A stretch of DNA of 63,899 nucleotides, counting the filler, from Octopus bimaculoides (taxonomy: Eukaryota): the NCBI RefSeq assembly GCF_001194135.2. It is 6 parts of 6 records of this genome, joined end to end, with 100 filler letters (N's around TTAATTAATTAA, not from the genome) between each part and the next. Parts side by side here need not be neighbours in the genome. Positions count along the whole stretch, not along the records: positions 36,009 to 42,622 come from NC_068984.1; positions 42,723 to 60,012 come from NC_069009.1; 4 more parts are not named here. One strand, 5' to 3'. The position numbers were made by a program, and so were the translations under genes. Below, piece by piece: positions 40,132 through 51,777 of this stretch. The notes under the pieces were generated by a model. It had not been told where the DNA came from. It made no database searches and saw only the letters and a program-made list of their open reading frames with translations. Every line of letters starts with the position of its first letter. Positions within the stretch are counted from its first letter, which is position 1.

Positions 40132-40338
40132 TTTTCGAGACGTTAGCACGCCGGGCGAAATGCTTAGCGGTATTTCGTCTGTCTTTATGTTCTGAGTTCA
40201 AATTACGCCGAGGTCGACTTTTCCTTTCATCCTTTCGGGTCGATAAATTAAGTACTAGTTGCGTACTAGGGTCGATCTAGACGACTTGCCCCCTGCCCCA
40301 AAATTTTGGGCCTTGTGCCTAGAGCAGAAAAGAATATT
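40132..40338 (+). mobile_element. Deu/Nin-like tRNA SINE
   Basis: Same family, plus orientation. Confidence 0.88.
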
Positions 40339-41965
40339 TTTTATTCTAATGTCAAAATACCTTGTGGTATTTGTTCTGACTCGATTTGCTCTAGGTTCAA
40401 ATCCTGCCAGTCATCTGGCCATTTCTCTTTTCGTGGTCGATAAAAATGTACGAAACCAGGGTAATGGATCGCTGGAAATATTACAGGGTCGTGCGAGATA
40501 CGTTGGAGTATTTGTTTCGGCTCTTTGAATTCTGACAATAACATCTGTGACGAGACTAGTGCCAAGCGGCTTCAGCCCAAATCAGTGGTGTGGAGAGAGG
40601 AGATTTGCATGCATGGACAACTGTCAGTTTTTTGTCAAAAAATCTTGACTAGTCCTGCCGACAGACGTGCAAGAGACTGACCGTCAACATTGACCGACAG
40701 ACAAAAAGTCTCGACCATGTCAGCAGACATACGTGCTGGAACATAACAATATTGACCGACAAAGGTCCAAAAATCTATTTACCGCTGCCAAGTTCTTGAG
40801 TATTCCACTGACATAGAATTTAGTAACTGTTGATGATGTATTTCATACATATTCTGGTTAAGTTTACAATGGACAGAATGGGCCATGCAATCACAATACA
40901 CATAGTCACACAGCCGTCTTAGCGCGTTCGAGTGCGTGCGCGCGAGCGTGTTTTTGTTCTGCATCTGTCTATCAGCTTGCGATGTCAAATCCTTCCTCGT
41001 CGGAAGAATACTTGTCTTCATTTCGATCCATATCAATTGCCACGCTTTATGCCTGATTAAATTTTGACCTTCATCCATCTCCGAAACACAGTAATGAAGT
41101 CAATATAATGCCATGCAAATAACATGCGCATACATATTTTATGGATTATTTAGATAATCTGTATGTTAAAGGAAAATGTTATATTGTGTTATTGAAGCGA
41201 TTTCATTTCTTTGGTGATGTTGATGATGATGATGATGAAGGCAACGAAGACGATAACGACGTTGATGATAGCTACGAACATGATGACGATGATAAAGATG
41301 ACGACGATGACGATGACACGGCGATGGTGATGACAACGAAACCAGGACGATGATAATGATGAAGTTGACGACGACAACGATAATGATGATGATGATGATG
41401 ACGACGACGATGACGACGATGATGGTGATCATAGAGACGGACAACGGCGAAGATGATTGATATTTCACCGATAATATATTTCAAAGTAATCACATCGACT
41501 GGGAATTATGTGATGATGGTGATGATGGTGATGATGATGGTGACGATGACGATGATGATGATGATGGTTGTACACCATTCAAAAATGTATTCAACACCCA
41601 CAAGAAAAAGTGGAGACATTAAAAAAAAAAAAGATAAAAAGAAAAAAATACAAATAACGATGACAATATAAAGGGAGACCTAATGAATTCCACAGACAAT
41701 ATCTGTCGATCTCTGGATCCTTGAAATTTTGAGTTGTCTCTTTCATGAGGTCGGTACATTCTCTGCGTCTGAGATTTGAAATGAGATTGCTCGTGTCTTG
41801 CATTACACCTGTTATATATAGTCAGATGACACACACACACACACGCGCGAGCGTGTGCACACACACACACACACACACACACATACAAGAATACATACAC
41901 ATAAATATGTTTGTGTGCACGCGTGTATACATATATATATGTATAAGTGGAGAAATCTGAATATA

Positions 41966-41999
<34 letters not shown>

Positions 42000-42060
42000 C
42001 ATCTTGTATCACCTAACTGTCTAGATGTTTTGCATTTGTATCCCATTTTGTATTATTTAT

Positions 42061-42091
<31 letters not shown>

Positions 42092-42218
42092 CACATATAT
42101 ATATATATAATATATATATATATATACATATATATACATATGTAAATATATATGTATACATATATATAAATTATTCACTTTTCTGTATATATGCTAATGT
42201 AAACCCATGCTTAGTGAA

Positions 42219-42538
42219 GGCGTGTAGCTTAGTGGTTAGGGCGTTCGGCTCACGATCGTAAGGTCGTGAGTTCAATTCCCAGCGACGCGTCGTGTCCTTG
42301 AGCAAGACACTTTATTTCACGTTGTTCCAGTCCACTTAGCTGAGAAAAGTGTGTAGTACCTGTATTTCAAAGGACCGGCCTTGTCACACTTTGAGTCACG
42401 CTGAATCTCCCTGAGAACTACGTTAAGGGTACACATGTCCGTGGAGTGCTCAGCCACTTGGACGTTAATATCACGAACAAGCTGTTCTGTTGATTGTCTC
42501 AGCTGGAACTCCCATCGTCATAACTGACATAGTGCTCA
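42219..42538 (+). mobile_element. tRNA-derived SINE with CORE-like gtgtccttgagcaagacactt segment
   Basis: A-box tagcttagtgg, B-box gagttcaattcc, then non-tRNA body. Confidence 0.8.
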
Positions 42539-42723
42539 TCCTATCCAAGCTCATTTCTATAGGCGTATGTGTGTATCTATTTATTGTATATATATATATT
42601 TATTATATATATATATATATATNNNNNNNNNNNNNNNNNNNNNNNNNNNNNNNNNNNNNNNNNNNNTTAATTAATTAANNNNNNNNNNNNNNNNNNNNNN
42701 NNNNNNNNNNNNNNNNNNNNNNA

Positions 42724-42756
<33 letters not shown>

Positions 42757-42892
42757 GTATATGCATGTGTGTGTATATATATAAAATAAAACTCATAAAC
42801 CCAGGGTCTCATAAAGCGAGGTACACATGAATAATTGTATTCAAAGCATAAGGGACAGAAACCATTTTCCACAAAATGATGTAGATTTAGAT

Positions 42893-43411
42893 CAGGGCTT
42901 CTCAGCTATTTTTTATGTATAGACCCTTTTGATTACTATTTTATTCTGGTGGACCAATGGCCATTTGATGTTTAAAATTAATTTTTATAGAAACTTCTTT
43001 CAAAATTCCTATTTTGTTTTCCACCCATTAACTCGTGTTGGTTGAATTATGTAAAATGTTGTTTCTTGCAGTACATATTGCTAAAGCAAAACTATATCAT
43101 GGGCCCTTAAAATACTTCTACAATCCCTCAATTTACTATTTTGCTTGTATGAACCCCCTCTGATCATTATTTTGTTCTGGTGGACCTCATAGTCATTCAA
43201 TGAATTTTGTTTTTCACACATCAAGTTGTGTTGGTTGAACTATGTAAAATGTTTGAGAAAGAAACCAAGCTCTTTCTTGCCATACACACCATTACATACA
43301 TCTAAAGCAAATTTTTTTCAGGGGCCCTTGAAATACTGTTGTGGCTCCCCTATGCTCAAAAGTCTTAAATGGACTTTTAGGGGCCGTATGGAGCCTGGTT
43401 GTGAGCCATTG
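42893..43411. mobile_element. hAT MITE related to 12374-12623, with internal duplication
   Basis: Termini cagggcttctcagc / ggttgtgagccattg; 8-bp TSD atttagat / attcagat (7/8 match). Confidence 0.8.
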
Positions 43412-43894
43412 ATTCAGATAATTATATATACTTAGACAGGTGCATGATAAACATAAATGTATCTATTCATTCACATATAGAGATAAATATAGTATATGTA
43501 TGTTAATATACATTTTAAAACAATGTGTTTGAGTGACTGTATAAACCTAGACAGAAAAAAATCCTATGGAGACATACAGAAAAGGGGAATATCTAGGAAA
43601 CAATCTTGTGAAATAAGTTATTGTTTTTGACTGAAATGTTATGGCCTTTCTGAGATTATGAAGTTGGGTGCTAAGGTCGTACAGCTATAAACAGGTTGGT
43701 TGCCCCATGGTTACAAGCGACATAAGCAGGCTGATATTGTTGAGGAAACATAGGTATAGATATAGTCATGTATATATACATATACATATATATACACACA
43801 CACATGTATACACAGACTCACATGCACACACATACACACACACAAACACACACACACATATACACACACACACATATACACCCACATGCATATA

Positions 43895-43952
<58 letters not shown>

Positions 43953-44173
43953 GGGACAAAATCCAAAATTTCAGGTAAAAACTCAATTAAAATCAATTTA
44001 TAAAAAATTAAAATTAAATTGAGCTATATGTGATAGTGGATTTTCATCGATGAGTTCTTGAAACTTGGTTCTTTTCCCTAAAACTATATATTTTTACGTT
44101 CATATATTTGTTTTGCAAGAATTTTGGCTGATAATTAGCAAGGTGAGACACACATAAGAAAGAAGAAAGCAAA

Positions 44174-44218
44174 GGACCACTGATGAGGTCACAGAAGTGT
44201 GACGAAAGAACTCTGGCC
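44174..44218 (+). ncRNA. Minimal type I hammerhead ribozyme-like motif
   Basis: ggacca CTGATGA g gtcaca-gaag-tgtgac GAAA g-aa-c TC tggcc. Confidence 0.55.
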
Positions 44219-44422
44219 GAAATAGGATTAATGTAATATAATGTAATATAAAGCTGAAGCAAATTAACACCAAATATACAGTGCGTGTGTTTTTATTGNN
44301 NNNNNNNNNNNNNNNNNNNNNNNNNNNNNNNNNNNNNNNNNNNNNNNNNNNNNNNNNNNNNNNNNNNNNNNNNNNNNNNNNNNNNNNNNNNNNNNNNNNN
44401 NNNNNNNNNNNNNNNNNNNNNN

Positions 44423-44467
<45 letters not shown>

Positions 44468-45055
44468 TAACATTTCATGAGCTTAAGGCTTATAAGCAGT
44501 CACCGTGTAATGACTATATGCTCTCTATGGAAAAAGTAGGGCTTCTGTAAACATGGGCCATGACTCCACAATTCTTTGTTATCATTTCACCAGCATATCC
44601 CTGGCTTATTTATGTCAGATTTAAGAATATAGTCATAGTGTTGTTTTTGTAAACAAACTTCATGTGCTTTTCTGCGATGGTTTTTGGTAAGCAGTATCGA
44701 TATTTACAATTCTATAAATAATGATGATAATAATATTTTATAAGCTTAAAGCTTATCTATGTAAAATTGTGTGTGCAAATAGATGCAGATTGCTACTGTT
44801 ACGTTTACGGCTTCATGGAGATTATCATAATCCAGTCTGCTTTCTGAATAGTTGCTAAGTAACTTCTATATACTGTGTAGTATTTCTAGTTACAAACTGC
44901 AGAACAAATGTTGGATAAGTAAGGATCAATATGATACAGTATGTTTCCTGATGCTGTTATTCTTGGACACCTAAATTCATTTTGAACACCTAATGTAGGG
45001 CTCCAAACAACCATGATGGCGAAACGTGCATAAGAACTTTAATATATTGGTTTAA

Positions 45056-45495
45056 AGTTTTGGCACAAGGCCAGCAAGTTCAAGGGAGTTGGTAAGTTGG
45101 TTACATTGACGCCAGTGCGTAACTGGTACTTATTTTATCGACCCTGAAAGGATAAAAGGCAAAGTTGACCTCAGGCGGAATTTGAACTCAGAACGTATAG
45201 ATAGACGAAATGCTGCTAAGTATATTGTCTGGCATGCCAGCAGTTCTGCCAGATCACTGCGTTAAATATATGTAAAATATTAGTTTTAAATTCTAACTCA
45301 AGCCAAGCAATTTTGGGGGATAGGGTAAAGTTTATTACATCGACCCCAGTGCTCAACTGGTACTTATTTCATCAACCGCGAATGGATGAAAAACAAAGTC
45401 GACCTCGGCAGAATTTGAACTCAGAATGTACAGACGAATGAAATGCTGCAAAGCATTTTTTGCCTGGTGCGGTAACAATTCTGCAAGATCGCCAT
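45056..45495 (-). mobile_element. Two tandem Deu/Nin-like SINEs (45056-45260, 45290-45495)
   Basis: Each has actggtacttattt.atc.acc..gaaaggat and gacctcggc.gaatttgaactcagaa. Confidence 0.85.
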
Positions 45496-45870
45496 CTCCA
45501 TAACGATTTAATATAAACTTGTTTCTGTCCAAAATTTTCTTCTCTGTCTGTCTGTCTGTTTGCTTACCTCTTGCCTACCTGTCCGACTGTCTGTCTGTCT
45601 GCCTGCCTGTCTGTCTGTCTGTCTGTCTCTCTCCATATATGTACAAACGTATATGTAAATATATGATGGTGATCTCTGTTATCTCCCCTGTCAGTGTATA
45701 GACGTGCATTTTCGTGGCTCTAAGGGTCTTTAGCTCTTATTTCTAGCAATGTAGGTGCTACCCTGCACCCACAGTCACAGTTAGTGACAACTGAATTTTC
45801 CATTTGGGTTTCATATTGCGTATAGCCGCCTTTGTTATTTTATATATATGTGTGTGTGTGTATGTGTGTG

Positions 45871-46155
45871 TATAGACCAGAGCATTGTATGTTCTTACGC
45901 ATTGCTGGTCACAATACTCTTCCTCGCATTGTTGTAGCTTTCGAATGATGCCACTCCGCTGGCGAACGGGGCTGCTCAATGTTACCCCATAACGGAGCGC
46001 CAGTCCATTGCAAGGTTACCCATTAACGGGTGAGTGGACTGGACCAATGGGAAACGAAATGTTTCGCTCAAGAATACCATGCACTGCTGGTCTGAGTATC
46101 GAAACAACGATCTAACGATTGTCAGTGCAACACCCTAACTACTAAATCACGCACC
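45871..46155 (-). mobile_element. tRNA-derived SINE with V/Meta-domain-like body
   Basis: tRNA-like head, then aatgggtaaccttgcaatggactggcg...gggg. Confidence 0.7.
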
Positions 46156-47836
46156 TTCACACCAACACACACACACACGCGCGCGCACACGCACACACAG
46201 ACACGTACACACACATGGTAAATATAAGCAATGTAGTTTCGATTCTAGGGCTTGTTTGTTTGAATAATTGAACAGAAGTGCCGAATTTTCGGGAGAAATT
46301 AATCGAATATAATCGGAATTGTAACACATCTGTAAGCTAATACAGATGATGATTATGTCACTTTTGCTCTCTTTCCATTCCTTTAATTTCATATGATGCT
46401 CTATACTCGCCAAACGTTTTATTTTTTGACCATATAAAAATTGAGTTTTAAACCAAGTTACTAGTATTATTGTCTGAGTGAAATCTGAACACACACACAC
46501 ACATTAAGCGATGTGTGCAATATCATGTATCCCTTACGGCCAGTCTTATCAATCAGTTTTGCACCAGGGGTTCAATGGAGTGTTAGGCAGTACCCCGCCC
46601 ACATGTATATATCTGAATATATATGTACACGAATATATATAAAAGTATATATACTTGTGTAGATCTACATATATATTTTTTATATATCCATGCGTATAGA
46701 TCTGTATGTATATTTCGATCTATCCATCCTTCCATAATATATATATATATATATATATATATANNNNNNNNNNNNNNNNNNNNNNNNNNNNNNNNNNNNN
46801 NNNNNNNNNNNNNNNNNNNNNNNNNNNNNNNNNNNNNNNNNNNNNNNNNNNNNNNNNNNNNNNNNNNNNNNNNNNNNNNNNNNNNNNNNNNNNNNNNNNN
46901 NNNNNNNNNNNNNNNNNNNNNNNNNNNNNNNNNNNNNNNNNNNNNNNNNNNNNNNNNNNNNNNNNNNNNNNNNNNNNNNNNNNNNNNNNNNNNNNNNNNN
47001 NNNNNNNNNNNNNNNNNNNNNNNNNNNNNNNNNNNNNNNNNNNNNNNNNNNNNNNNNNNNNNNNNNNNNNNNNNNNNNNNNNNNNNNNNNNNNNNNNNNN
47101 NNNNNNNNNNNNNNNNNNNNNNNNNNNNNNNNNNNNNNNNNNNNNNNNNNNNNNNNNNNNNNNNNNNNNNNNNNNNNNNNNNNNNNNNNNNNNNNNNNNN
47201 NNNNNNNNNNNNNNNNNNNNNNNNNNNNNNNNNNNNNNNNNNNNNNNNNNNNNNNNNNNNNNNNNNNNNNNNNNNNNNNNNNNNNNNNNNNNNNNNNNNN
47301 NNNNNNNNNNNNNNNNNNNNNNNNNNNNNNNNNNNNNNNNNNNNNNNTATGCATATCTTTCATATATACACACACACACTCTTATATGCACTCATCCATA
47401 TATGCATAATTGCACATACACAGACATACATGAGACATCATGTTGTACTTCATCACATCTTAAGATCATTTATACCAACGAAACGTACTTCTTATGATAT
47501 GCGTACATTTCAGAGCATTATTCTTTACTTTATTAATCAAGTTATCCTTAGAGAAGAGTATGTGGTATAGTTCCACCGTACAGAGCGAACAATACTTTCT
47601 TCCTCTCTTATATGGCATTGATCTAGCTATTATAGACCATTCTAATGAATACTGTTTATTACTTTCCTTAAGATCCCAGATGTATTTGCTAAGACTAGAT
47701 ATATATAATTGGTGTGTGTGTATATCTATCTATCTGTCTATCTATCTATCTATCTATCTATCTATGTGCGTAAGTCGTCTAAAAGTCCATAAGCCAGGAA
47801 AAAGATGCACTCGTATATCTGTCAATAGAGTGGGTA

Positions 47837-48574
47837 TATTATCCAAAGTGTACAGTATTATATATCCATCACTGCTAATCTTACCAATCAGTTTCACGCT
47901 AGAGGTACACCGGAGTGTTAGGGAACAATCCAATTACATAACCCTTCACTCATCAGAGGTAGCCGATATAGAACGAAATATGGTGACTGCTCTATATTTC
48001 GTAAATGTTGTGTTACTCCTACATAAGCATCCTACCTCTGTCTCAGGTGTGGGGACGACTTGCTAAGATCTTTTTTTACATTAGGTGCACAGTTAAAGGA
48101 AATTCTCAGGGTTTTAACATTTAAAGAGAAAGGCAATGCGAACCACAACACTTTGTGGTGTTGCTGTCTCTTAGAAGAGTTAGGTTCTGGCGTGTAACTA
48201 ATCCTATCTTTGAAACCATTGGCAACCAGAGCTCCATTGTAGTATGGGGCGGCAGCATGAAAAAGCTCTTTGCTTGAAGATAAGATGGTGATTCTTCTGC
48301 TGACGCTTTTTATCAGGTTCTTGAAAACTATGCCTGGTTGAAGACTATGGCTGTATGATAGCTTCTTATTTAGCTTTCTAAAGGGTTTATAGGCACCAGA
48401 CTCCAAGTCCAGGGTCTCATCAAGTCGCCATATTGCATTCTATATCAGCTACCTCTGATGAGCATAGGATTATAGAATTGGATTCTTACTGAACACTCCA
48501 TTGTACCCCTGATGCGAAACCGATTGGTAAAATCAGCTGTGATGGATATATAATACTGTACACTTCGGATAATA
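47837..48574 (-). mobile_element. Penelope-like element fragment flanked by 152-bp inverted pseudo-LTR-like repeats
   Basis: KNLIKSVSRRITILSSSKELFHAAAPYYNGAL...VLWFALPFSLNVKT (PLE RT C-terminal region). 47837-47988 is the reverse complement of 48423-48574 at roughly 75-80 percent identity; a third partial copy lies near 46505-46590. Confidence 0.8.
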
Positions 48575-48800
48575 CATACATACATACACACATACAAACA
48601 TACATATAATACACACATGCCACCCTCACACATATGTATGCATTGAATGCATATACATACACACGCTTATATCTGCATATATTGATATATTCACATATAT
48701 GTAATATATGTATATACCAGACATACATGTTTGTGCTTGCGTATGTGTGTGTACCTGTTTTATATGCATTTGTATATATATTCATGTAAACATATTTATC

Positions 48801-48853
<53 letters not shown>

Positions 48854-48870
48854 GTGTATATGTATATACA

Positions 48871-48923
<53 letters not shown>

Positions 48924-49475
48924 ATATTATATATATGTATATATATATATATATATATCTATATCTATATATATCTTAACCTCAATTCTCATGCTATATG
49001 AAAATCAGTCCAACTTTATACTTCACCTCAGCTCTCACCTAATTCAAAACTTGAACCTTAACCATTCAAACGTCACCCCTAACTCTTACCTCATTTCTGA
49101 ACCCAACACAGTGTTACTCTCTCTTTTCTTTCTTTTCTTACCTATCTCTTTCTTTGCTACTCTACTTTGATAAAGGGGTTTTTATCTGCATTGTCTGTCT
49201 TTCTTTTCTTTTTCCTTTTTCAGAGTACAATTCACTGTGCACAACATTTTTCGTTCATTATTTTGGGATGTACTTTTTATCCACTGCCTTTTGAAATTTT
49301 GTCTATCTGTTGTAACCCTTTATCTTTTCTTATTGTCCGTCTCTTATAGCCCTTGCTCCATTTCTGCTGTTTTCCCATAAAAATACTTGATATCTCTGTA
49401 TATTTCCTCCTTTATTTCAATCATTAAATAAGATAAACTTAGTTATGTTTCGGCCAATAACCAGATCTAACTTAA

Positions 49476-49697
49476 CCCTTTCGTTACCAACCCGGCTGAA
49501 ACCACGACTGGCTCTGTAGTACAAATGTCTTGTTTTCATAAGTCCTAAATTAATATCTTCCACCAAGCCTTAGTCACAATTTAAGTTCTTAACACTAGTT
49601 TCATGATAACTGAGTTATTTTTACTAAATTCTCTGTTATATTTAAAGTAATTGAAAGAAACATGGAGCATCTCAAAATAAATACAGTAACGAAAGGG
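49476..49697. mobile_element. piggyBac MITE (222 bp)
   Basis: TTAA|CCCTTTCGTTAC ... GTAACGAAAGGG|TTAA: perfect 12-bp TIRs with a TTAA TSD. Confidence 0.9.
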
Positions 49698-49914
49698 TTA
49701 ATAGCATTACATGATAAAATCTCTTAAGTTACGTTTTCAAGTTAAGTTTGGTGGTATCATTGTCCATTCAAGTAGGGAGTTGTTGACTGCGGTGTGTTCA
49801 GATATAAGGTGATAGAATCTTTTTCTTCTTTGATTTGTTTGGGATAATGTTAAATAGAACAAGGCCTGCAGAGGGAAAGCAATTGTGTTGCAGGGTATAT
49901 GATGGTTTGTGAAA

Positions 49915-50450
49915 TGTCAGTTGAAGGCCAGTTGAATGCCAGACAAAGGTTAATAAAAATCAGAGCAACTGCCAAGCAAACTCCAGAAGGTTAGGGGAAT
50001 TTTATACGAATGTTAATTCAAGCTCTGTTGAATGCTTGTTGAATGTCTCATTAAATGGGAGTTGAATGATATTTGAATGCCATCTGAAATCCATTTGAAT
50101 GCCAGTTGACGGCTATGTGAAGACTGTGTGAAGGCTAGTTGAATGTTAATTAGAGGCTAAGTAAAATCAAAGCAAATTCTCAAGCAAGCTCCAGAAGGTT
50201 ACTGGAATGTTATACGGATGCCAAAGGCCAGTTGAATGTGAGTCACATGTTATTCGAATGGCAGTTAAATACGAGTTGAAGGGCAGTCAGAGATTGACAA
50301 AAAATGATGGCCAGTGGTACGCTACACGAATGCTAACCAAAGATCAGTCGAATGCCTGTTGAAGGCCAATTGAATGTTAAATGCAGGCCAGCTGTACACC
50401 AGTCGAAGGCCAAGTAAAAGATAGTTTAAAGCCAGTTGAAGACCAAACTA
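49915..50450. repeat. Decayed satellite of GCCAGTTGAA(T/G) subunits with a ~207-bp higher-order duplication
   Basis: Many gccagttgaatg variants; aaaatca.agcaa...ctccagaaggtta at 49956 and 50163. Confidence 0.7.
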
Positions 50451-50580
50451 AAATATGATTAATATCAAGAAATGACCAGTAAACACCAAGCTAAAAATCA
50501 TATTAAGGTCACATTAAAATGAAGTTACGGTTAAGCTGAAGGTTATGTGTTGTGGTGAGGTGATAGGAATGATTTTGCTG

Positions 50581-50738
50581 TTAACAGTTCCTTCCTTGAA
50601 CACAGGACTCAGTCCTTATGCTCCAGTACCATCCTTTCTGGCAGTCCATCCTTATTAAACCTCCGAAGTTACACAGGTAGAACTTGCCGCAGTCGTCCTT
50701 GTCTTCATAGAAACCATCTTCGCAGGCCACACAGTTTT
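50581..50738 (-). CDS. Terminal exon: chitin-binding peritrophin-A (CBM14) domain
   Basis: ENCVACEDGFYEDKDDCGKFYLCNFGGLIRMDCQKGWYWSIRTESCVQGRNC*; acceptor tcttcccgtcgacag|aa, phase 1. Confidence 0.88.
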
Positions 50739-50794
50739 CTGTCGACGGGAAGATGCAGAAGTTCCGTTTTTTCACTGTAATGATAGAGAGTGAG

Positions 50795-51010
50795 TGTGAG
50801 TGGGGGTATTGAGTGGTATTGCTGAGTGAGGGTATTGAGTGAGAGTATTGAGTGAGGGTATTGAGTGAAAGTATTGAGTGAGGGCATTGAGTGAACGTAT
50901 TGAGTGAGGGTATTGAGTGGGTTTAGTGAATAACAATATTGAGAAGCAACGAAAGGGGATGCTGAGTGGGTTTTATTTAATGGGGGTTCTGAGTGAAGAG
51001 TATTGAGTGA
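50795..51010. repeat. 13-bp minisatellite (gtattgagtgagg) in the last intron
   Basis: About 8-9 degenerate copies. Confidence 0.85.
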
Positions 51011-51076
51011 AAAGTTTGAGTGGAAGCATAGAGTGGAGATATCAGGTGCAGGTTATAACAACACCTATTGCCACTC

Positions 51077-51400
51077 ATACTAACTACTATACTATACATT
51101 AAATAATGTAGTCCTAGATACACTATGGCTGAATGAAAGATGGGATGGTCACGGCTGGAACATCTTTGATCACAGGTCTGTCTGGATCTGGACTGACCTG
51201 GGGCTAAACAACAACAACAACAACAACAACAACATCTATAGCCACTAATACTAACTACTATGTTGTACATTAGATACTGTAGTCCTAGATACACTATGTC
51301 TGAATAAAAGATGGGATGGTCACAACTGGAACAACATTGGTCATAGGTCTGTTTGTATGGATCAAATGACAACGATGACGACCACAACAACAACAACAAC
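51077..51400 (-). repeat. Tandem pair of a ~170-bp interspersed repeat
   Basis: tagtcctagatacactat..gaat.aaagatgggatggtcac occurs twice; related copies near 7730, 16440, 17500 and 36310. Confidence 0.7.
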
Positions 51401-51432
51401 AAGAAATATAAGAAGTTAAAGAATGTTCTCAC

Positions 51433-51471
51433 CATCAACTCCATGATTTGATGCCAGACCATCGCTGGGTT
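51433..51471 (-). CDS. 39-nt linker micro-exon of the EGF/chitin-binding gene
   Basis: Acceptor ttttcctattttcag|aa, donor gatg|gtgaga, phase 1-1, open: (K)PSDGLASNHGVD. Confidence 0.72.
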
Positions 51472-51515
51472 CTGAAAATAGGAAAATGGAGAAATTTGAA
51501 TTGTATACAGATAGA

Positions 51516-51760
51516 GGCGCAGGCTTGGTTGTGCGGAAAGAAGCTTGGTTTCCCAACCACATGGTTCTGGGTTCAGTCCTACTGTATGGCACCTATAGCC
51601 TTGTCTTCTACTATAGCCTTGTCTTCTACTATAGCCTTGTCTTCTACTATAGCCTTGTCTTCTACTATAGCCTTGTCTTCTATTATAGCCTTGGGCCGAC
51701 CAAAGCCGTGTGAGTGGAATTTGGTAGACGGAAACTGAAAGAAGCCTGTTATGTGTGTGT
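51516..51760 (+). mobile_element. tRNA-derived SINE with an internal 18-bp tandem amplification
   Basis: Same family as 63463-63620, but carrying tatagccttgtcttctac x5 (51594-51683). Confidence 0.85.
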
Positions 51761-51777
51761 GTATCATCAATATGTAC

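Noticed and set aside
42219-42290. tRNA gene with CAC anticodon loop
   Set aside because: No acceptor-stem pairing; it continues into a SINE body, with diverged copies at 38190 and 46155.
49920-50240. miR-193-type GGCCAGTT target array
   Set aside because: Only two perfect sites, on the strand opposite the gene.
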